Shown piece by piece: positions 29,312 to 39,946 of a stretch of 64,000 nucleotides of DNA (position 1 is its first letter; each line of letters begins with the position of its first letter). The notes below the pieces were generated by a model, which searched no databases, was not told where the DNA came from, and was given only the letters and a program-made list of their open reading frames with translations. A program made the translations under genes and the position numbers. The stretch is from positions 32,001-96,000 of the forward strand of contig JBHLPH010000003.1 in the NCBI GenBank assembly GCA_048939625.1, given 5' to 3'. This stretch comes from Promethearchaeota archaeon. GTDB taxonomy: Archaea > Asgardarchaeota > Hermodarchaeia > Hermodarchaeales > Hermodarchaeaceae.

Positions 29312-30064
29312 TTATACACTCATTGGATGCTTCTTATTGAATTCCTTCCCATCAACTAGAAGTGTACGATGGAGAATACCACTCCGTTTCGTTTTCAACC
29401 TCACATCTTTCGAACTGATTCGTTTCATATCAGGAGGGAATATGAGGTTTTGTATATCGTATGAGTTTGCGATTTGAAGTGTAGAGAAACCCGAAGGAAG
29501 TTCATCAAGGAAATCAGGAACAAGTTGATTAAGGACTTCGTTTAGAAACTCATTTCCATCGGGGACAGTGGTTGTGCAAAACTTCAATCTTTCTTTTAGC
29601 GGTGGCTCCTTCTGAGCCGAAGGGATTTTTGTTTTAGGTTTGTGGGTCCAACCAATCGTTGTGTTCAGTGTACAGAAAACATATGCTAGTTCTGGAATAT
29701 CGCCGTAGAGGGGTGCTACTTGTTTTGGTGAATATTTACCTGTCAATTTCGATTGAAACAATAGTGTTCGAGGTTTCTTCTTAGAGGGATCGGCTTTGAA
29801 CCCCAGCTCAGCTAAGATTTCATCGAGCGGTTCATACCCGAGAATTAATCCTGCCAGGGTGACTGTTTCTACCGGTGCTATTGAGACCATGACTGAGGCA
29901 GGCAAATCCTGATACATGTGGGTTGAACGCATTTTGACCTTGCCTGCTTTTGTGACTGTAATTTCAGCAGCAGGTCCTGGGTATACACCTCGTCCATATC
30001 GCAAAAAGTTCCTGTGCACGATATCGTCAATGGTACCGTTCAAGATTTTTGTAATGAAATGCAT
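29312..30064 (-). CDS. Conserved archaeal hypothetical protein
   Basis: MHFITKI....DD.VH..F.RYGRG.Y.GP N-terminus, C-terminal R.G...R...VDG. Confidence 0.65.
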   Translation of the reverse strand: MHFITKILNGTIDDIVHRNFLRYGRGVYPGPAAEITVTKAGKVKMRSTHMYQDLPASVMVSIAPVETVTLAGLILGYEPLDEILAELGFKADPSKKKPRTLLFQSKLTGKYSPKQVAPLYGDIPELAYVFCTLNTTIGWTHKPKTKIPSAQKEPPLKERLKFCTTTVPDGNEFLNEVLNQLVPDFLDELPSGFSTLQIANSYDIQNLIFPPDMKRISSKDVRLKTKRSGILHRTLLVDGKEFNKKHPMSV

Positions 30065-30194
30065 CTACTCACACCAACGAAAATTATCTGAATCTTTTGC
30101 AAAATAAGTATTAGGTAGATTGCTATCTTACATGCATACCTTTTTACTTTGATGTATACTTCAAATCATCAATGAGTTCTGTGAGGTACTTGGG

Positions 30195-30767
30195 TTGACG
30201 AGAGACAAGAGTTGGAAACGGGAAATTATTGAAGATGCCCTTGTGATCGGTCTTGTACTCGTTATTGTTTGGGGAACCGGTGTAGGACTCCAGTTGTATC
30301 TCCAAACGCCTTCACCACTACTTGCTGTTGAGTCTGAGTCTATGGAGCCTACCTTATATCGAGGAGATCTAGTAATCGTTCGAGCTGTCGATCCAGTCAC
30401 CCTGCAAGTTGGAGATATTGTTATTTATGATGGATCATCGCTTCCCGGTTATACTCGGAATGTTCCTATCGTCCATCGTATCATTGCGATTGATAACAGC
30501 ACGGGTGTCTTGTTCTTTTTTACACGAGGAGATAACAATCCGGCACCCGACGGTGGAAACAGGACAGCCGACGACATTATTGCAAAAGTCATTGGGAGTA
30601 TTCGTTATCTGGGTTTTGTAACTTTACTACTAATCTCACCCTACGGAATTACTTCTATCATTGTTTTAGTAGTGGTTTTCTTCTTAACGTCTTTACTATG
30701 TGAAAACTTGGCGCCACAAAAGAGGGATGAAGAACTCGAAACAGGCAAGGCGATAGAGCACGAATAG
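30195..30767 (+). CDS. Signal peptidase I (Sec11-type)
   Basis: SESMEPTLYRGDL, PIVHRI, TRGDNN. Confidence 0.93.
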   Translation: MTRDKSWKREIIEDALVIGLVLVIVWGTGVGLQLYLQTPSPLLAVESESMEPTLYRGDLVIVRAVDPVTLQVGDIVIYDGSSLPGYTRNVPIVHRIIAIDNSTGVLFFFTRGDNNPAPDGGNRTADDIIAKVIGSIRYLGFVTLLLISPYGITSIIVLVVVFFLTSLLCENLAPQKRDEELETGKAIEHE

Positions 30768-30877
30768 GCAGATACTTTTTAACCAGCATTTGGGAAGTTT
30801 ATGGTGTTCACATAATTGCTTCCATGGCGGTCCCTGGGAGAAGTGACACAGAACGAGAAATTTAGTAGGTGCTTTAA

Positions 30878-32494
30878 ATGACTACTGCAGTGACTTTTGA
30901 ATCAATATCGCCAGCCGATTTCTTCTATCGAAACCGATCGATTGCTGGTTTTGATAATAGTATGCGGGCACTATATACAGCAGTTCGTGAACTGGTAGAA
31001 AATTCCCTTGACGCATGTGAAGATGGAGGATTCCTTCCAACCATCGATGTGAAGCTCAAAGAGGCATCACACAATTGGTTTAAACTCCGGGTTCAGGACA
31101 ACGGAATTGGAGTTCCTCGAGATCATATCCTTCCAGCGTTTGGTCAAATTCTCTACGGTTCGAAGTATGAGCATAAACAGGCCCGAGGTCGGTTCGGCCT
31201 TGGAGGCAAAATGGCATTTCTTTTTGGGCAGATTACTACGAGTGAACCGTTGCAGGTAATTTCAGCTCCACTTGATGGTGAACATGTTTTCGATGTGATG
31301 TTACGGCAAGATATTGAAGAAAATAAACCAGAACTAATGAAGTGGGAACGCCGTAAAAATCGGGATAACGATCATGGTTGTATACTTGAATTCACTCTTG
31401 AAGGTAATTGGCGGAGTGCTAAACGTTATATTATTGATTATATTCAGCAAACTGCCCTCATTACACCATACGCTAGTTTAACATTTACGGAACCAGATGG
31501 AACCGTTCACAAGTATAAGCGATCAGTGAAGACCTTACCTCCACCTCCTCAACCAGTGAATCCGCATCCGAAAGGAATGGATATTGAACAGCTTTCTCGT
31601 GTGATTGAAGATACGAAGACCACAGATATGGTGACCTTCCTTCGGACTCACTTTCATCGTGTTGGACCAAAGACTGCGAAAGCATTCCTTAAAACAATCA
31701 ATATGCCCTATTCACAAGATCCCCGGGGACTGAAGCCAAATGACTTGGTAAAAATTGCTCGTGGTTTTGAAGAATATGATAAATGGTTGCCCCCAGATGC
31801 CCGGGTGTTATCACCGCTAGGTGTAAAACTGCTAGAGGCGGGTATCCATTCCACTCTCAATCCGGAGTTTGTCCAAGTAACCCAACGACCACCGAATAGT
31901 TATGGAGGCCACCCATTCATTGTTGAATGTGGACTCGCTTATGGTGGCGATGTCCCCATGAAAGAATCAATAATCATCTACCGGTTCGCTAATCGAATTC
32001 CATTAATCTTTGACGAATACAAAGATGTCTCTGCGAAGGTAATTCGGGCTATTCCTTGGTCAAGGTATCGTATTCGCCCTGGAATGCCAATAGCAGCTTT
32101 TGTGGCAGTTGTGAGTACAAAAATTCCATTCAAAACTGCCGGTAAGGAATTCATCGCTGATCTTACAGAATTAGAGTACGATATTCGAATGGGATTGATG
32201 GAGTGCGCTCGTGGATTAAAAGGACACTTACGGCAGAAAGAAAAGGTACAAAGAGAAAGGGTTCGAGCCAGCGTTTACGAAAAGTACTTACCAATTATTG
32301 CCAGGGATATTGCCGCATTAGCAGGAAAGCGGAAAGTTCCTGATACCAAATCGCTAGTCAAAAGCGCTTTGACGATTTCACTTGAGGGAGAAGAAGAAAG
32401 CGAAGAAGAATCGCCTGCTGAAGAGGGACTACTACAAGAGTCTCCTCCTGAAATTGAAGAACCAGAGGACATGGAAGAAATGGAGGAAGCATAA
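30878..32494 (+). CDS. top6B: DNA topoisomerase VI subunit B
   Basis: ISPADFFYRN, RELVENSLDA, DNGIG, GSKY, RG.FGLG, PHPKG, RFANRIPL. Confidence 0.97.
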   Translation: MTTAVTFESISPADFFYRNRSIAGFDNSMRALYTAVRELVENSLDACEDGGFLPTIDVKLKEASHNWFKLRVQDNGIGVPRDHILPAFGQILYGSKYEHKQARGRFGLGGKMAFLFGQITTSEPLQVISAPLDGEHVFDVMLRQDIEENKPELMKWERRKNRDNDHGCILEFTLEGNWRSAKRYIIDYIQQTALITPYASLTFTEPDGTVHKYKRSVKTLPPPPQPVNPHPKGMDIEQLSRVIEDTKTTDMVTFLRTHFHRVGPKTAKAFLKTINMPYSQDPRGLKPNDLVKIARGFEEYDKWLPPDARVLSPLGVKLLEAGIHSTLNPEFVQVTQRPPNSYGGHPFIVECGLAYGGDVPMKESIIIYRFANRIPLIFDEYKDVSAKVIRAIPWSRYRIRPGMPIAAFVAVVSTKIPFKTAGKEFIADLTELEYDIRMGLMECARGLKGHLRQKEKVQRERVRASVYEKYLPIIARDIAALAGKRKVPDTKSLVKSALTISLEGEEESEEESPAEEGLLQESPPEIEEPEDMEEMEEA

Positions 32495-32496
32495 CG

Positions 32497-33828
32497 ATGG
32501 CAGAATATACCCCCGACCACATTATTCGACAATTATCACGTCGATGGAAAACGACTAAGCGCCTAACAAAACTACTTAAAATCGACTCCACTCGACTTCG
32601 TCGAGCACTGAAGAAAATGGAAGAAGAAGGGTTAGTGGAATCCCGTAAGCGAACTGGGCAACTTGAGTGGCGATTGGCTAAAGGTGAAGCAAAACGTATT
32701 AGCCAAATCAAGAAGGAACCTAAGGCATTCAAAGAGGAGCAAAAAACATCTGAACAGATTCGCAATGATATGAAAGGAGTTGGTCAGACCCTATATCGGA
32801 CCCTTTCAAGAGGTCAGTTTCCAGAAATTGAATTGCCAAGTCGTAGTACGGGTAATATCCGATTTGACCAAGAATTAGGCCAGTATGTACTTGCAGGAAA
32901 AACCGTAACCCGGTCAACTAAGAATGTCGGTCAAATCCGAAGCTTCAGTCAATTTGTGTGGGTCATGCGGTTTCTAAAAGAATTGATCACTGAAGGTAAA
33001 TCCAGTACTTTACGAGATATTTATTACCAGTCATTTGGCTTCGGGGTGAAATTTGCTCAACAAAGTGAAAGTGATACAACGATCACTGATGTTGAAGCAA
33101 AGCTAAGGACTCCTCGTGAATCATTCCGAGTCTTTCCTGAGGAACGCGCAGCCATTTATGGTGATTTAACTGTTGAGTACACGTCACCTCCCAAATATGC
33201 AGGAAAACAGGTGAACTTAACTGATCACCCTGATGGCCTCATGATTGGTCCGTACCTGACATCTGCAAAATTCCTTAAGTGCAAAGCAAAGCGGGTAATT
33301 GCCATTGAATCGGGTGGTATGTTTACTCGATTCGTTGAAGATGGAGTTCACGAAACCCAAGATGCAATTCTCATTCATACCGCAGGCCAGGCGCCGCGCA
33401 GCGTTCGACGGACAATACGACGGCTTCGATATGAATTGAATTTACCAACCTTCCTGTTCGTAGACGCTGACCCTTGGGGAGCACATATTGCCATGGTAAT
33501 TATCTCAGGAAGCGCTTCTGCAGCACACCTTCGCGGACTGGCTACGCCAGATGCCATTTGGATGGGTGTTTGGGCTTCAGATATTCAGAAGTATAATCTG
33601 CCGAGTGATCCATTCACTGATACTGATAAGAAACGCACCCAAGATTTGCTGAAAGACCCTCGTTACCAAACCAAATTCTGGCAAAAAGAGTTGAATTTAT
33701 TCCTCAAAAATCAAAGAAAGGCAGAGCAACAGGCTTTCAGCCGGTATGGACTCAGTTTTGTCACCGAGGAATATTTGCCAAACAAGTTTAAGGAAATCAC
33801 TAAACTTCAACAACAAGGTATCCTCTAA
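32497..33828 (+). CDS. top6A: DNA topoisomerase VI subunit A with an extra N-terminal winged-helix
   Basis: TLRDIYY (catalytic Tyr), AIESGG, GQAPR, DADPWG (TOPRIM), KAEQQA. Confidence 0.96.
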   Translation: MAEYTPDHIIRQLSRRWKTTKRLTKLLKIDSTRLRRALKKMEEEGLVESRKRTGQLEWRLAKGEAKRISQIKKEPKAFKEEQKTSEQIRNDMKGVGQTLYRTLSRGQFPEIELPSRSTGNIRFDQELGQYVLAGKTVTRSTKNVGQIRSFSQFVWVMRFLKELITEGKSSTLRDIYYQSFGFGVKFAQQSESDTTITDVEAKLRTPRESFRVFPEERAAIYGDLTVEYTSPPKYAGKQVNLTDHPDGLMIGPYLTSAKFLKCKAKRVIAIESGGMFTRFVEDGVHETQDAILIHTAGQAPRSVRRTIRRLRYELNLPTFLFVDADPWGAHIAMVIISGSASAAHLRGLATPDAIWMGVWASDIQKYNLPSDPFTDTDKKRTQDLLKDPRYQTKFWQKELNLFLKNQRKAEQQAFSRYGLSFVTEEYLPNKFKEITKLQQQGIL

Positions 33829-33923
33829 ATCTCAAATCCCTAACACAATCAAAGATGGCGAAGGCAGAATTCTTTTGTACCGTAAGACTACCATTCTTAC
33901 GTCAGACTCATTTGGATGTGACG

Positions 33924-35180
33924 ATGGTGGATACCGTTAGTTTTCCTTACGGAAAGGAACAGGTTCAATTGAAGATTCCAGACCGCAATTTTCTCGGCTT
34001 TTTAGACGCCAAACCAATGAAAGGAACCGCCAATCCAAACCAGGTAGTAACTGAGGCGATTCTGAATCCTATTGGCTCGCCGCAATTAAGTGAAATCGCC
34101 CGGCCAGGACAGACCGCAGCCATAGTCGTTGATGACCACACCCGAGGCTTACCCTGCCATATTCTGATTAACCCCCTCATGGATCAGCTTCGCGAAGCAG
34201 GAATCAAGGAAAAGGATGTCACCATCATTTTTGGAACGGGAACACACAGGGCAACAAACCTAGAAGAACAGCAAGCTCTTCTATGTGATGTCTCCTGTCA
34301 AAGCCACCGCGTTAAAGTTCATAGTTGTGACGCCAAAGATTTGGTCGATGTGGGCACCACCTCGTTTGGAACCAAAGTAGAAATTAACCCAACATTTCAT
34401 GACGCGGATCTTCATTTACTCACCGGAGATATCGGTTATCATTATTATGCGGGATTCGGAGGCGGTCGAAAGAGTGTATTACCTGCAATAAGTAGCCGTG
34501 CCACTATCAACAAAAATCACGGCATGTTAACAGACCCCAAGGCAACTACCGGAAATCTCGAAGATAATCCCATCCACCTTGATATGACTGAAGCAGCCCG
34601 TCTAGCCCGAACCGATTTTATCGTTAATTTCGTACGGAACACAAACAAAGAAATTGTCACGGCTTATGCAGGTGACCTAGAACAAGCGTTCTTGGAAGGA
34701 ACCAGTTTCGCCGATTCAATGGGTCGAGTGAAAATCAAGGAAAAGGCAGATATCGTAATCACTAGCTGCGGATATCCGAAGGATATAAACCTCTACCAAG
34801 GAACGAAAGCTATGGTTCACGCACTCGGTGCAGTACGAGATGGTGGTGTACTAATTGCTCTTCTTGAATGTCGTGAGGGAATTGGTAACCAAGTCTTCGA
34901 AGAATGGGCGCACAAGTATCCATCTTTTGATGAATTAAGTCACCAGATTCAGACTAATTTCATCATGGGTGGACACAAGATCTTTTACATGGCCCAAGGT
35001 GCAAACCGCGTGCATCAATATTTGATTTCTAGTCTTGATCCTAAGGAACTGGAACAGTTCTACTATGTTACTCCCTTCAATTCAATTGAGAAAGCCCTAG
35101 AAGCTGCTTTTGAGCAAGTAGGCAACGATTCAAGCGTATGGGCAATGCCCCATGGGACTGATGTTTTGCCCTCGATTTAG
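33924..35180 (+). CDS. larA: Nickel-pincer-dependent lactate racemase family protein
   Basis: DDHTR, GTHR, HYYAGFGGGRKS.LP, GYPKDINLYQ..K, GGHK. Confidence 0.9.
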   Translation: MVDTVSFPYGKEQVQLKIPDRNFLGFLDAKPMKGTANPNQVVTEAILNPIGSPQLSEIARPGQTAAIVVDDHTRGLPCHILINPLMDQLREAGIKEKDVTIIFGTGTHRATNLEEQQALLCDVSCQSHRVKVHSCDAKDLVDVGTTSFGTKVEINPTFHDADLHLLTGDIGYHYYAGFGGGRKSVLPAISSRATINKNHGMLTDPKATTGNLEDNPIHLDMTEAARLARTDFIVNFVRNTNKEIVTAYAGDLEQAFLEGTSFADSMGRVKIKEKADIVITSCGYPKDINLYQGTKAMVHALGAVRDGGVLIALLECREGIGNQVFEEWAHKYPSFDELSHQIQTNFIMGGHKIFYMAQGANRVHQYLISSLDPKELEQFYYVTPFNSIEKALEAAFEQVGNDSSVWAMPHGTDVLPSI

Positions 35181-35210
35181 TCGAAAATATCTTCCCAGTA
35201 TTAACGAAGC

Positions 35211-36437
35211 TCAGGGAAAAGGTAATAAAAATCCCATAGTTAGCGGGGGAAGAAGGAGTATCACCATAACATAGGAGAGTGGTCCCACAATTTTCCTCCA
35301 AGTGCTAATCGGAGAAACATCATCAATTGGTCCTGGGTGCCGTCCTGCGAACAAAAAGAAGGCAATAAGTGCCATAAACCAATAACCAAAGATGAACAAT
35401 ACAAAAATGCCTACAAATGATACTAATCGGTGGAATCGGCCACCAACGAGGGCTCGGGAAACGTGCCCTCCATCAAGCTGCCCAATCGGGAAGTAATTTA
35501 GAGCTGTGATGAGAAAACCGACCCAACCTGCAAAAGCAACAGGATGCAGATACGCTGTATAACCTGCGGGAATACCAAAGGTGATTAACGCCCAAATCCA
35601 ATCAAAGAGAAGTGGTGTTGGAAGCGCACTGAAGGTAAGTCCATTGAGTTGCATCCACGCATATAGATCAGTGGATTGAGCTTGACTAAGAATGGGGCTA
35701 ATTGACAACCCAATCACCACGACTACTACTGAAACGAGAAAGCCAACGACTGGTCCACTGATTCCCAAATCAAAAAGGCTGTCTCGTGTTGGTGGAGGCG
35801 ATCGTTGAACAATGAGTGCACCAAAGGTTCCATAATAGAAACCTGGAATAAAGTAAGGCATCGAAGCTTCAACTTTATGATAACGACTTGCTCCAACATG
35901 TCCAAATTCATGAAGACCAATTATTGCTAGAAGGGCAATAGTATAGCCAATCATCACAATAACCGGATCATAGGTGATGCCGAAATAAGTAGCGTAAATA
36001 TAAGCAAATGCGGGATCAGTAGCGAAGAACCAGCCTGCAAAAAGAACCGTAATGACTGTAGCAACAAAGAGGATGATATTCATTGTATAGCTGCTGGCTC
36101 GTCGTGGGGGAGGAGCTGGAATCAGTTTAATCACTGTACTCTTTTCACCAGTCCCTGCGAACAGTTCAACGTGCCGAATTACAGCTAGCAGGTTGTGGGG
36201 TTCAAGACGTTTCGTTAGGCGATTTGATCGTTCCTTTATTTTCGAGTCAACTTCGATGACGAAAATAGGGAGATTATCATGAGCGTCAATGTATGCGTAG
36301 GTGACTACGAATTCTTCTTTGACGATATCTCTGAGCTTCAGAAGATAGGTATCTGGTATGAAGGTGTCTCCGCCCGAAAACATAGAAGTATCTTCTACGC
36401 TTGAATCTTTGACTGGGGGAGTTTCTTCATTTGACAA
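35211..36437 (-). CDS. Site-2 (M50) intramembrane metalloprotease
   Basis: HEFGH, PYFIP, GTFGA, NYFPIGQLDGGH. Confidence 0.93.
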   Translation of the reverse strand: MSNEETPPVKDSSVEDTSMFSGGDTFIPDTYLLKLRDIVKEEFVVTYAYIDAHDNLPIFVIEVDSKIKERSNRLTKRLEPHNLLAVIRHVELFAGTGEKSTVIKLIPAPPPRRASSYTMNIILFVATVITVLFAGWFFATDPAFAYIYATYFGITYDPVIVMIGYTIALLAIIGLHEFGHVGASRYHKVEASMPYFIPGFYYGTFGALIVQRSPPPTRDSLFDLGISGPVVGFLVSVVVVVIGLSISPILSQAQSTDLYAWMQLNGLTFSALPTPLLFDWIWALITFGIPAGYTAYLHPVAFAGWVGFLITALNYFPIGQLDGGHVSRALVGGRFHRLVSFVGIFVLFIFGYWFMALIAFFLFAGRHPGPIDDVSPISTWRKIVGPLSYVMVILLLPPLTMGFLLPFP

Positions 36438-36553
36438 AGGCGGTCACCGCAAAACTCTAAGCACGCCTGAGAGTCGAGGCACAAAAAGCTTTCCAAATAG
36501 TCAGGCGGTGAATTTTTAATGAACAATAGTATGGACTCTACTAGCTGATTTCA

Positions 36554-37039
36554 TTGACTGAGCTCCAAGGCATTGTCGTGCGAAAGGCAGAACCGACCGA
36601 TATCCCAGCAGTAATGAGGATCAATCTTGACACTCTGCCAGAGAATTACCCCGAATACTTCTTTCGCCAAATCCAAGAACGTTATGCTGAAGCGTTCTTT
36701 GTCGCTGAAAAAGAGGGGAAAGTGATTGGTTACATTATGTGCCGGATGGAGGGTGGGATTTCAAATTTCGGATTACGGTGGGTTCGTCGAGGGCATATTG
36801 TAAGCGTGGCGGTTTTACAAGAATACCGTCGCCAAAATATCGCATCGGAGCTTATCACACATTCTATGAAGACGCTTGAAACTGTATACGCGGCAAAAGA
36901 AATTATTCTTGAAGTGCGAATTTCAAATCATGCAGCGGTCAAGCTTTATGATAAACTTGGATTCAAGCGGATCCGAACCTTACCGACTTACTATCGAAAT
37001 GGTGAAGATGCGCAGCTTATGGCACTAAAACTTCGCTAG
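36554..37039 (+). CDS. rimI: N-terminal acetyltransferase (RimI/Ard1-type)
   Basis: LPENY, GHIVSVAV..EYRR, LEVRISN..A..LY, YYRNGEDA. Confidence 0.9.
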   Translation: MTELQGIVVRKAEPTDIPAVMRINLDTLPENYPEYFFRQIQERYAEAFFVAEKEGKVIGYIMCRMEGGISNFGLRWVRRGHIVSVAVLQEYRRQNIASELITHSMKTLETVYAAKEIILEVRISNHAAVKLYDKLGFKRIRTLPTYYRNGEDAQLMALKLR

Positions 37040-37122
37040 CGCCGGATTTATGAAGCATTGAACGAATTGTCTTTGTTCCAAAGATTTCAGGATATGATGT
37101 ACGAGACAGGGTGAGTTTTGTT

Positions 37123-38640
37123 ATGAAGTTGAAAGTTCAGATTTTAGATATTGATACTGGTGGTGTACATAAGATATTACTCAATCCCGTTGATATTACC
37201 CATTTAGCTATGTTTGCAGGAGAGCGCGTTCTTCTCAAGTTTCGCAACGAAGAAACTGTAGCGATTGCCGACTCCACGTCTCTAGTTGAGCCAGGAAAAG
37301 TGGGAGTATTAAATGAGGTTCAAAGGGAGCTCAATTTAAAGGAAAGGGACCTCATCGATGTTTCAGGCGATGTTAAACCTACCTCCATACGGGCAATCCG
37401 AAAGAAGATGGATGGACTAACATTAGATCGAGACGAAATCGAGGCTATAGTTGCTGATTTGGTCACGGGTCGGCTCGCTGATATCGATATCGCTGCCTTT
37501 TTAGTTTCTGAACAGATCAGAGGATTATCCCTTGAAGAAACTGTTCATCTCACCCGGTCAATAGCTCAAGAAGGCGAGCAACTAGATTTTGGAGCCAATG
37601 TTTTTGATAAACATAGTATTGGCGGAGTTCCGGGAAACAAAGTCTCTCTAGTTATTGTACCAATCGTAGCAGCAGCAGGCCTACTGATTCCTAAGACCAG
37701 CAGCCGGGCAATAACAAGTCCAAGTGGGACCGCTGATACAATGGAAGTTCTTGCGGATGTCGAGTTTAGTTCAGAGGAGTTGCTAGAAATTGTGAATGAG
37801 GTGAATGCAGCTATAGTTTGGGGTGGATCATTAAACCTTGCTCCTGCAGATGATCTCTTCATTCAAGTTGAACATCCATTGCGAATCGATCCTCGACCCC
37901 AAATGATTGCCTCTATTATGGCGAAAAAACTCTCAACCGGAATTCAATACCTAGTTCTAGATATTCCAACTGGGGATGGCTGCAAAGTCACTACCATGGA
38001 AGAAGCTAGAAAATTAAGCCATGATTTTATTACTGTTGGCAATGAACTGGGAATTAACGTCCACTGCGCAATGACATACGGTAGCCAACCAGTAGGGCAC
38101 GCAATTGGTCCAGCACTTGAAGCAAAGGAAGCATTAGAAACGCTCATGGGAAAAGGCCCAACAAGCCTTATAGAAAAATCAACAGGGCTCTCTGGTCTTC
38201 TTCTTGAAATGGGTGGATTGGCTGCACGAGGAGCCGGACGAAAATTAGCAAAAGAGATTTTGAGCCAAGGGAAAGCTTTGGAGAAAATGAGAGAAATCAT
38301 CAAGGCCCAGAATGGAAAATCAAACATTACTCCTGAAGAGATTCCCGTGGGAACTCACACCCATGATTTACACGCCCCCACGGATGGCTACGTTGCCACT
38401 TTGCAAAATCGCGCCTTAGTCCGTATTGCTCGAGCTGCAGGAACTCCCAAAATACAAGGAGCCGGGTTATACCTCCATGCAAAGATTGGCTCCCGTGTGA
38501 AGCAGGGAGAGCCCGTGCTAACTATTTATGCGGAAACCGAAGCAAAACTTAGTGACGCCATTGATGTTGCCAAAAGCTTAATGCCGTTTACTGTAGAAGG
38601 AATGCTCCTCCACACAATGACAGAAACGGAACAATTCTAA
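37123..38640 (+). CDS. deoA: AMP phosphorylase
   Basis: DKHSIGGVPGNK, KTSSRAITSPSGTADTMEVLA, NLAPADD, GPALEA; N-terminal beta-barrel region typical of AMPpase. Confidence 0.92.
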   Translation: MKLKVQILDIDTGGVHKILLNPVDITHLAMFAGERVLLKFRNEETVAIADSTSLVEPGKVGVLNEVQRELNLKERDLIDVSGDVKPTSIRAIRKKMDGLTLDRDEIEAIVADLVTGRLADIDIAAFLVSEQIRGLSLEETVHLTRSIAQEGEQLDFGANVFDKHSIGGVPGNKVSLVIVPIVAAAGLLIPKTSSRAITSPSGTADTMEVLADVEFSSEELLEIVNEVNAAIVWGGSLNLAPADDLFIQVEHPLRIDPRPQMIASIMAKKLSTGIQYLVLDIPTGDGCKVTTMEEARKLSHDFITVGNELGINVHCAMTYGSQPVGHAIGPALEAKEALETLMGKGPTSLIEKSTGLSGLLLEMGGLAARGAGRKLAKEILSQGKALEKMREIIKAQNGKSNITPEEIPVGTHTHDLHAPTDGYVATLQNRALVRIARAAGTPKIQGAGLYLHAKIGSRVKQGEPVLTIYAETEAKLSDAIDVAKSLMPFTVEGMLLHTMTETEQF

Positions 38641-38656
38641 CAATGAGCTGGTTCAG

Positions 38657-39841
38657 TTGACAGCGTATGAAGCTAATAATGTTAAAGATTCGCGTATTTT
38701 ATCTAGTGAACCAGCAGTACACAAAACCTTTAACATTTCACGACGCGAAGCTGTTCTAGCTTTAGTCCTTTTCGTTTTCTATTTGCTTTGCCTCTTTGTG
38801 TTCCAAAGCATTTTGTTATTAATTATTGGAACTGTGGCGTTGGCAGTTTGGTTAACATTTCGCGCTTCACATTTCGCCATTGATGGCTTGGAATCGTTAG
38901 GAGCCATCGCTGGATTAAGCGCATATTTCATTGGAGTACTCTCATCCATTGCTTCAAACACGCCTGAAGCAGTTGTGAGTGCACTAACCGCGTGGCGCGG
39001 TTATACCGCAGGAAATCCTGAATTGGTGGAAATAGCAGTTCTAAGCGTCATTATGGCTGCAGGATTTAATATTCTGTTATTAGGAATTGTTGTCATCCTT
39101 TCAACACGTAAAACACGAGAAGTAGAAGTTCCAAGTGAAGTCGTTAAGGATGATGCAGACCTAATACGATGGACCATTGTAGTAATGATTCTTCTCGTGG
39201 CATTTGGCATCCTCTTTTATGTTGATCAACTCATTCATGGTGTAATTCCTGAACTCACTTTTTTGCCTCCAGTTCTCGGATTCTTGATGGTGCTCTCATA
39301 TACTTTTTATGCAATTTATGCCGTCAAAAAACCCTCAGTAAAAGACAAACCAATTCCTCGACCTCGTCACTCTAAAAGGAATTCTGCAGTATTGGCAATT
39401 ATTGGATTTGTGGGCATCTTTATAGCCGGGTATCTCCTGACCGAAGCAATTGAGACAGCATTTGATTTAATACCATGGACAGTTTTTGGCCTAATCGGAT
39501 CCCAGCGTATTGCTATTATGGCCTTAATGATTGGAGCCGTGGGTGCACTTCCTGAACATGGCATTGCTGTAATTGCAGCTACAAAAGGCAAGGCAGACAT
39601 TGCTATTGGTAATACATTAGGAGGAACCACCCAAGTCTTGCTACTCATTGTAGGTGGCGTAGCTATGTTTCTGCCCTTACCACTGGACGCGGCGGTTCTT
39701 CTCCAGTTTGCCACAGCAGCAGGATCATTATGGTTCTTAAAACGTGCCTTAACAGATGATAAGAAGGTTGACATCTTTGAGGGCGCCATGATACTGTTGA
39801 TGCAGGCATTCGTTTTCATCCTCGTGCTGATGCCAATTTAA
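38657..39841 (+). CDS. Ca2+/cation antiporter (CaCA family)
   Basis: Two alpha-repeats (SNTPE; GALPEH...GNTLG); about 10 TM segments. Confidence 0.85.
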   Translation: MTAYEANNVKDSRILSSEPAVHKTFNISRREAVLALVLFVFYLLCLFVFQSILLLIIGTVALAVWLTFRASHFAIDGLESLGAIAGLSAYFIGVLSSIASNTPEAVVSALTAWRGYTAGNPELVEIAVLSVIMAAGFNILLLGIVVILSTRKTREVEVPSEVVKDDADLIRWTIVVMILLVAFGILFYVDQLIHGVIPELTFLPPVLGFLMVLSYTFYAIYAVKKPSVKDKPIPRPRHSKRNSAVLAIIGFVGIFIAGYLLTEAIETAFDLIPWTVFGLIGSQRIAIMALMIGAVGALPEHGIAVIAATKGKADIAIGNTLGGTTQVLLLIVGGVAMFLPLPLDAAVLLQFATAAGSLWFLKRALTDDKKVDIFEGAMILLMQAFVFILVLMPI

Positions 39842-39946
39842 GATAACCGCAGAATCATGCTCAGACCTGTTTAGCTTAACAAACTCTTTTAGGTAACCAA
39901 AAGAGGGTCTAAAATTAGTTCTGAGCAATGAACTGGTGGGAATGCT

